Assembly: GCA_021613535.1 (NCBI GenBank)
Contig: CP075492.1
Location: 4,402,001 to 4,466,000, forward strand
Source of the DNA: Adineta vaga
Lineage: Eukaryota; Animalia; Rotifera
DNA length: 64,000 bases
Reading direction: 5' to 3'
Position 1 is the stretch's first letter; the number at the start of each line of letters is the position of its first letter. The position numbers and the translations under genes were made by a program. The notes below the pieces were generated by a model that was not told the origin of the DNA, made no database searches, and saw only the letters and a program-made list of their open reading frames with translations. Below are positions 59,794 to 64,000 of this stretch, in pieces.

Positions 59794-61953
59794 TTAAATG
59801 GTAAGCTCGGTTAATTCAAGAACAACACTTGGTCGCTGTATATCTACAATAGGATTTAATCCATATGTCATAAGATAATCACCGGATAATGATTGAACAG
59901 ATATAATTGTCGATTGATCAGTACCAGGATAAATATTAATCTCTTGAATATTGTACATTTTCATTGGATTAAGTCCTTTCAATCGAATAGCACCATTACT
60001 ACCAGCTAAATATCGATGACCAACTAAATATGTAAACCAAACAGCTCTATCTTGTTCATCATTGACATAGATCAAAGATGCAATATCTCGATTTAATCGA
60101 TAGGGAGAAATCAATCGAAATAATTTTCCATACCAAATAATATGTTTCAAACGAGTATAATCATTTAAAACTTGTTGACTAAATTTCAATTCATTTTCAT
60201 TAAGTTTACTCACCACTAAATCATATCCTAATTTACCCATCATCGCAACATCAGTTCGAAATTTTAATGATTGTTTTCCCCAATTAGTTACATGATTACA
60301 TACAGCAATTGTTGGAAAAAAGACTGAATAATTCCATTGAATAAATATTCGTTCTAATCCATCCGTATTGTCACTTGGCCAGAATTCAGTAAAATATTTT
60401 AAAATACCATAATCAATTCGTCCACCACCACCTGAACATAACATAATCGGTATTGAGGGATATTTCGTTCGAAGACGTTCGAGAACATCATATAAGCCAC
60501 GAACATAATCAACATATAAATGAGATTGATGAGAATTCGTTGGAGAATAAGCATTATAAATCACAGCATTACAATCCCATTTGATATAAGCTAAATTTGG
60601 ATGATTCGTAAATAATTGATCAACAATATTATAAACAAATTCTTGTACTTCTAAATTAGACAGATCGAGTACTAATTGATTACGAAAATAATATTCAGAT
60701 CGATTTGGTAGTTTAATAACCCAATCAGGATGATTTTCATACAGTTCACTTTTTGGATTAACCATTTCTGGTTCAATCCAAATACCGAATTTAATACCAT
60801 TGGCTTCTGCTTGACTAATTAAATAACCAATACCATTTGGTAATTTCTTGCGATTTTCTTGCCAATCACCTAAACCAGCACTATCATAATCTCGTGGATA
60901 TTTATTTCCAAACCAACCATCATCAAGAAGAAATAAATCTACACCTAATTGTCGAGCATCGTGAATAATTGAAGTTAATTTTTGTTCATCAAAATCAAAA
61001 AAAGTCGATTCCCAATTGTTCAGTAGAGTTAATCGATTACCTTGACCATCTGGTATACGATATTTTCTTGCCCATTGATGCCAACGATGAGTGATTGTAC
61101 TTAAACCTTCAGATGAATAAGTAAAGAGAAAACTTGGTGTAATAAATTCTTTGTTTGGAACTAAGAAATATTCCGATGCATAAGGATTAATACCAGCAAT
61201 TAGACGTAAATTACGTAATGAATCAATTTCAAATTGAATTTGATAATTTCCTGTCCATGCTAATGTACCAGCAAAAATTTCACCTGAATTTTCATCATCA
61301 TGATTTAATGGTTGATTTAATGATAAGAGAAAAGATGGTACTTGAAAAAGATCAGCTCGTGTTCCTAATTTTGTATCTAATACTTTCATACCAGCAGTGA
61401 GTTGAACCTCTTCAGGTATCATTTCTCGTGCCCAATTTCCATGAAAATGTGTTAAATAATATTTATGAAATGTACTAAAATATGAATTAACTGAACTATA
61501 CTTCAATAAACGTACAATATCTGTTTCATTATGTTTAATACTTGTCCACTGTTCAATAATATTTTCTTTATAATAAGCTTTATAATAAAGAATGACTTCA
61601 AATGAATTGTAAACAGGATCGTTTAAATGAATTTCTGTTAAAATGATTTCATTTGATTGATCAAGTGAATTTTGTTGATGAGATATATATTTTAAATCTA
61701 ACGATGGATTTCCATCAGCATGAATAACTTGTATAGCAGGTTCGAGTAAATTACGTGTTCCACTTGATGTATAAGCCGAACTGTATAGACCAGTATAATC
61801 ACCATTCAATTGTTTCGCTTCAAAACTTGGAATCAATTCATATTCATCTCGGTTTCGAAGTCGTTTTCCAATATAAATCACTGAGAAGTCATGCTGTTGA
61901 TTGACTCGAATAATTAAAGCTACACATTCCGTTTCAATCGATATATGAATCAT
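59794..61953 (-). CDS. GH36 alpha-galactosidase, bacterial (Bacteroidetes-like) type, intronless
   Basis: 719-aa ORF with LNNWESTFFDFDE, LFLLDDGWFG, FGIWIEPEMVNPKS, YIKWDCN (nucleophile), CSGGGGRIDYG, FWPSDNTD (acid/base). Confidence 0.95.
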   Translation of the reverse strand: MIHISIETECVALIIRVNQQHDFSVIYIGKRLRNRDEYELIPSFEAKQLNGDYTGLYSSAYTSSGTRNLLEPAIQVIHADGNPSLDLKYISHQQNSLDQSNEIILTEIHLNDPVYNSFEVILYYKAYYKENIIEQWTSIKHNETDIVRLLKYSSVNSYFSTFHKYYLTHFHGNWAREMIPEEVQLTAGMKVLDTKLGTRADLFQVPSFLLSLNQPLNHDDENSGEIFAGTLAWTGNYQIQFEIDSLRNLRLIAGINPYASEYFLVPNKEFITPSFLFTYSSEGLSTITHRWHQWARKYRIPDGQGNRLTLLNNWESTFFDFDEQKLTSIIHDARQLGVDLFLLDDGWFGNKYPRDYDSAGLGDWQENRKKLPNGIGYLISQAEANGIKFGIWIEPEMVNPKSELYENHPDWVIKLPNRSEYYFRNQLVLDLSNLEVQEFVYNIVDQLFTNHPNLAYIKWDCNAVIYNAYSPTNSHQSHLYVDYVRGLYDVLERLRTKYPSIPIMLCSGGGGRIDYGILKYFTEFWPSDNTDGLERIFIQWNYSVFFPTIAVCNHVTNWGKQSLKFRTDVAMMGKLGYDLVVSKLNENELKFSQQVLNDYTRLKHIIWYGKLFRLISPYRLNRDIASLIYVNDEQDRAVWFTYLVGHRYLAGSNGAIRLKGLNPMKMYNIQEINIYPGTDQSTIISVQSLSGDYLMTYGLNPIVDIQRPSVVLELTELTI

Positions 61954-63030
61954 ATCGTTTTGATTGACTAAATACTAAAACATATAATAACTAACTATGT
62001 ATTGATATTCAAAAGAGGAATGAATCGAAGCATATCATGATTGGATCGTCATTATCATTCAATGAAAATCTGTCAAGACGAATGATGGCAGGATATGACG
62101 AGAAAATTGTTCGAGAAATTTTAACTAATTTATAATTTGATTCATAGAATTTAAATTGAATTATTCAAATGAAATGTCATTTCTTTAGTATAATCAGATC
62201 AAATGTTAATATCTTTAATCATACTTGTCAAACTATTCATTAGAATGAATGACAGCGGACTAAATAAGGTTATATGTTAACTGAAACAAAACAGATGCTT
62301 TGCTTAGTAATAATCTTGAAAAGCAGTATGGTTTCATTCCATTCAATTTGACATTGAAATGTTAATTGTTTCTTCACTATAGATTAACATATAGGTAATT
62401 ATTTCTAATGTCTAGTTTTATAGAATAAATGATTACTAATTCATCATAGAAAAAATATACATAAATGCCAAGAAGAAACTCTTTTCATACAAGTGAGAGT
62501 ATCATGAATAATATTTCAGAACAAAACGAAATCATGTTTTCCTTTATTTGATCAAGTCGACATTCCAACACGTATATATTTCGATGATAAGATTAATGGA
62601 ATTTAGAATCCTTAATTCTTTTTGAGACCACAACTACTCATACATAGTTTTATTAGTGGTAGAGAGAAGAAAATAGTTAGTATTTGAACAGTAAGGATGT
62701 GTGTATGTACATATTGATTGTTCCTTTTCTTTTTTCGTTTCATTTAGAAGAACAAAACATCACGTCTATAGGTGTCGCTGATTAACGTTAATTATCGTCG
62801 AACGATTTCCTTGTATGCTGATCGGTCAATTTTTTTTTCTTTCCTGTTTGACAATCTGTCTGACTGACTTGTTTCTTCTGTACTGTAAACAAACAACAAG
62901 CAACAAAGAGATGATCCATCTTATCGTGAGAATTTTCAGTGTATTTACGCATTAGTATACGTGAATGTGTGTCGATGTCCTATGTCTGACTTGTTACTCT
63001 TCTTTGATATAAAATTCTCTAAAAAAAATC

Positions 63031-64000
63031 ATGCTTAATAATAATCTCAATGAAGATGTCGAGTCTCGTTTAAATGAACTCGAACATTTATTATTTAATT
63101 CATCGATCAAAGATCAAACTGTATTAGGTGTTGAAGCATTACTTGATGCATTTATTGTTCTCTATGATGAATGTTGTAATTCAACATTACGACGAGAAAA
63201 AACAATCGCAGAATTTATTGAATATGGTTAGTTTAAATATTGATTTAATAAAAGATAAATTTTTTTCTCTTTCCTAGCTAAATCATTTATTACACGTGTA
63301 AAACGATGTCGATTAAGTCGAAACGATTTCGAAACAATCAAAATTATTGGACGTGGTGCTTTTGGCGAAGGTATGTTGATTGATAGATATCGATGTCATT
63401 CGAACAAAATATTCCTTGATTTATTTTAGTTGCGGTTGTCAAACTAAAAAATACCGATCGTGTATTTGCAATGAAAACATTGAACAAATGGGAAATGTTA
63501 AAACGAGCGGATACAGCTTGCTTTCGTGAAGAACGAGATGTCCTTGTCTTTGGTGATCCACATTGGTTAACAAAACTACATTATGCTTTTCAAGATTCAG
63601 AAAATCTGGTAAAACAAAATAATCAACATCGTTTTAAAAATAACATTCGTTTTTTGTTTTCATCTTTCTTTAGTATTTTATTATGGATTATTATTTTGGT
63701 GGTGATCTATTAACATTATTATCAAAATTTAATGATCATTTTTCTGAAGATATGACGCGAGTTTATGTTGCAGAAATGGTCTTAGCAATTGATTCACTGC
63801 ATAAACTTGGTTATGTCCATCGAGATATCAAGTAAGGTGAAACGATAAAATCTTTGTTATGTGATTGATGATTGATTCTAGACCAGATAATGTGTTATTG
63901 GATGGAGAAGGACATATTCGTTTAGCTGATTTTGGTAAGTAAAAGAGATGAGAATTGTTTATACGAGATAATTTTATATATTATAGGTTCCTGTTTACGA
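63031..64000 (+). CDS. CDC42BP: MRCK / genghis khan (DMPK family) kinase, 5' part; continues beyond window
   Basis: [107 protein letters not shown]. Confidence 0.94.

Overview
AT-rich, gene-dense eukaryotic (metazoan) DNA with many short (mostly 43-60 nt) GT-AG introns, so the ORF track fragments most genes. The intron sizes and gene content (ART-TPR protein, 'SIERH'-type orphan GPCR, several bacterial-type enzymes among core animal genes) suggest a bdelloid rotifer such as Adineta or Rotaria; this is inference. Core genes: CFAP36, a short filamin-repeat gene carrying an intronic tRNA-Ser(AGA), a ubiquitin-like protein, a neuronal calcium sensor, NDUFS5, MRPS2, kinesin-13, a 4-TM protein, MSK, Tousled-like kinase, V-ATPase F, calmodulin, KIF23, a GLTP-domain protein, EEF1AKMT4 and the start of MRCK. 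Probable foreign-origin genes: a Bacillus ChiA1-like GH18+CBM12 chitinase with five introns, an intronless GH36 alpha-galactosidase, a GPI-anchored YHYH protein, and possibly an SDR and a P450. Most interesting are three cytosolic toxin-domain fusions that could be cell-autonomous immune genes: a stonustoxin/MACPF-like domain fused to an AIG1/GIMAP-type GTPase (frameshifted here), an intact R-S-ExE ADP-ribosyltransferase fused to MORN repeats, and an ART-TPR protein with altered catalytic motifs. A 1-nt homopolymer deficit in MSK suggests indel errors in the assembly, so apparent lesions need read-level checks. All family calls come from manual translation and motif recall, not database searches.
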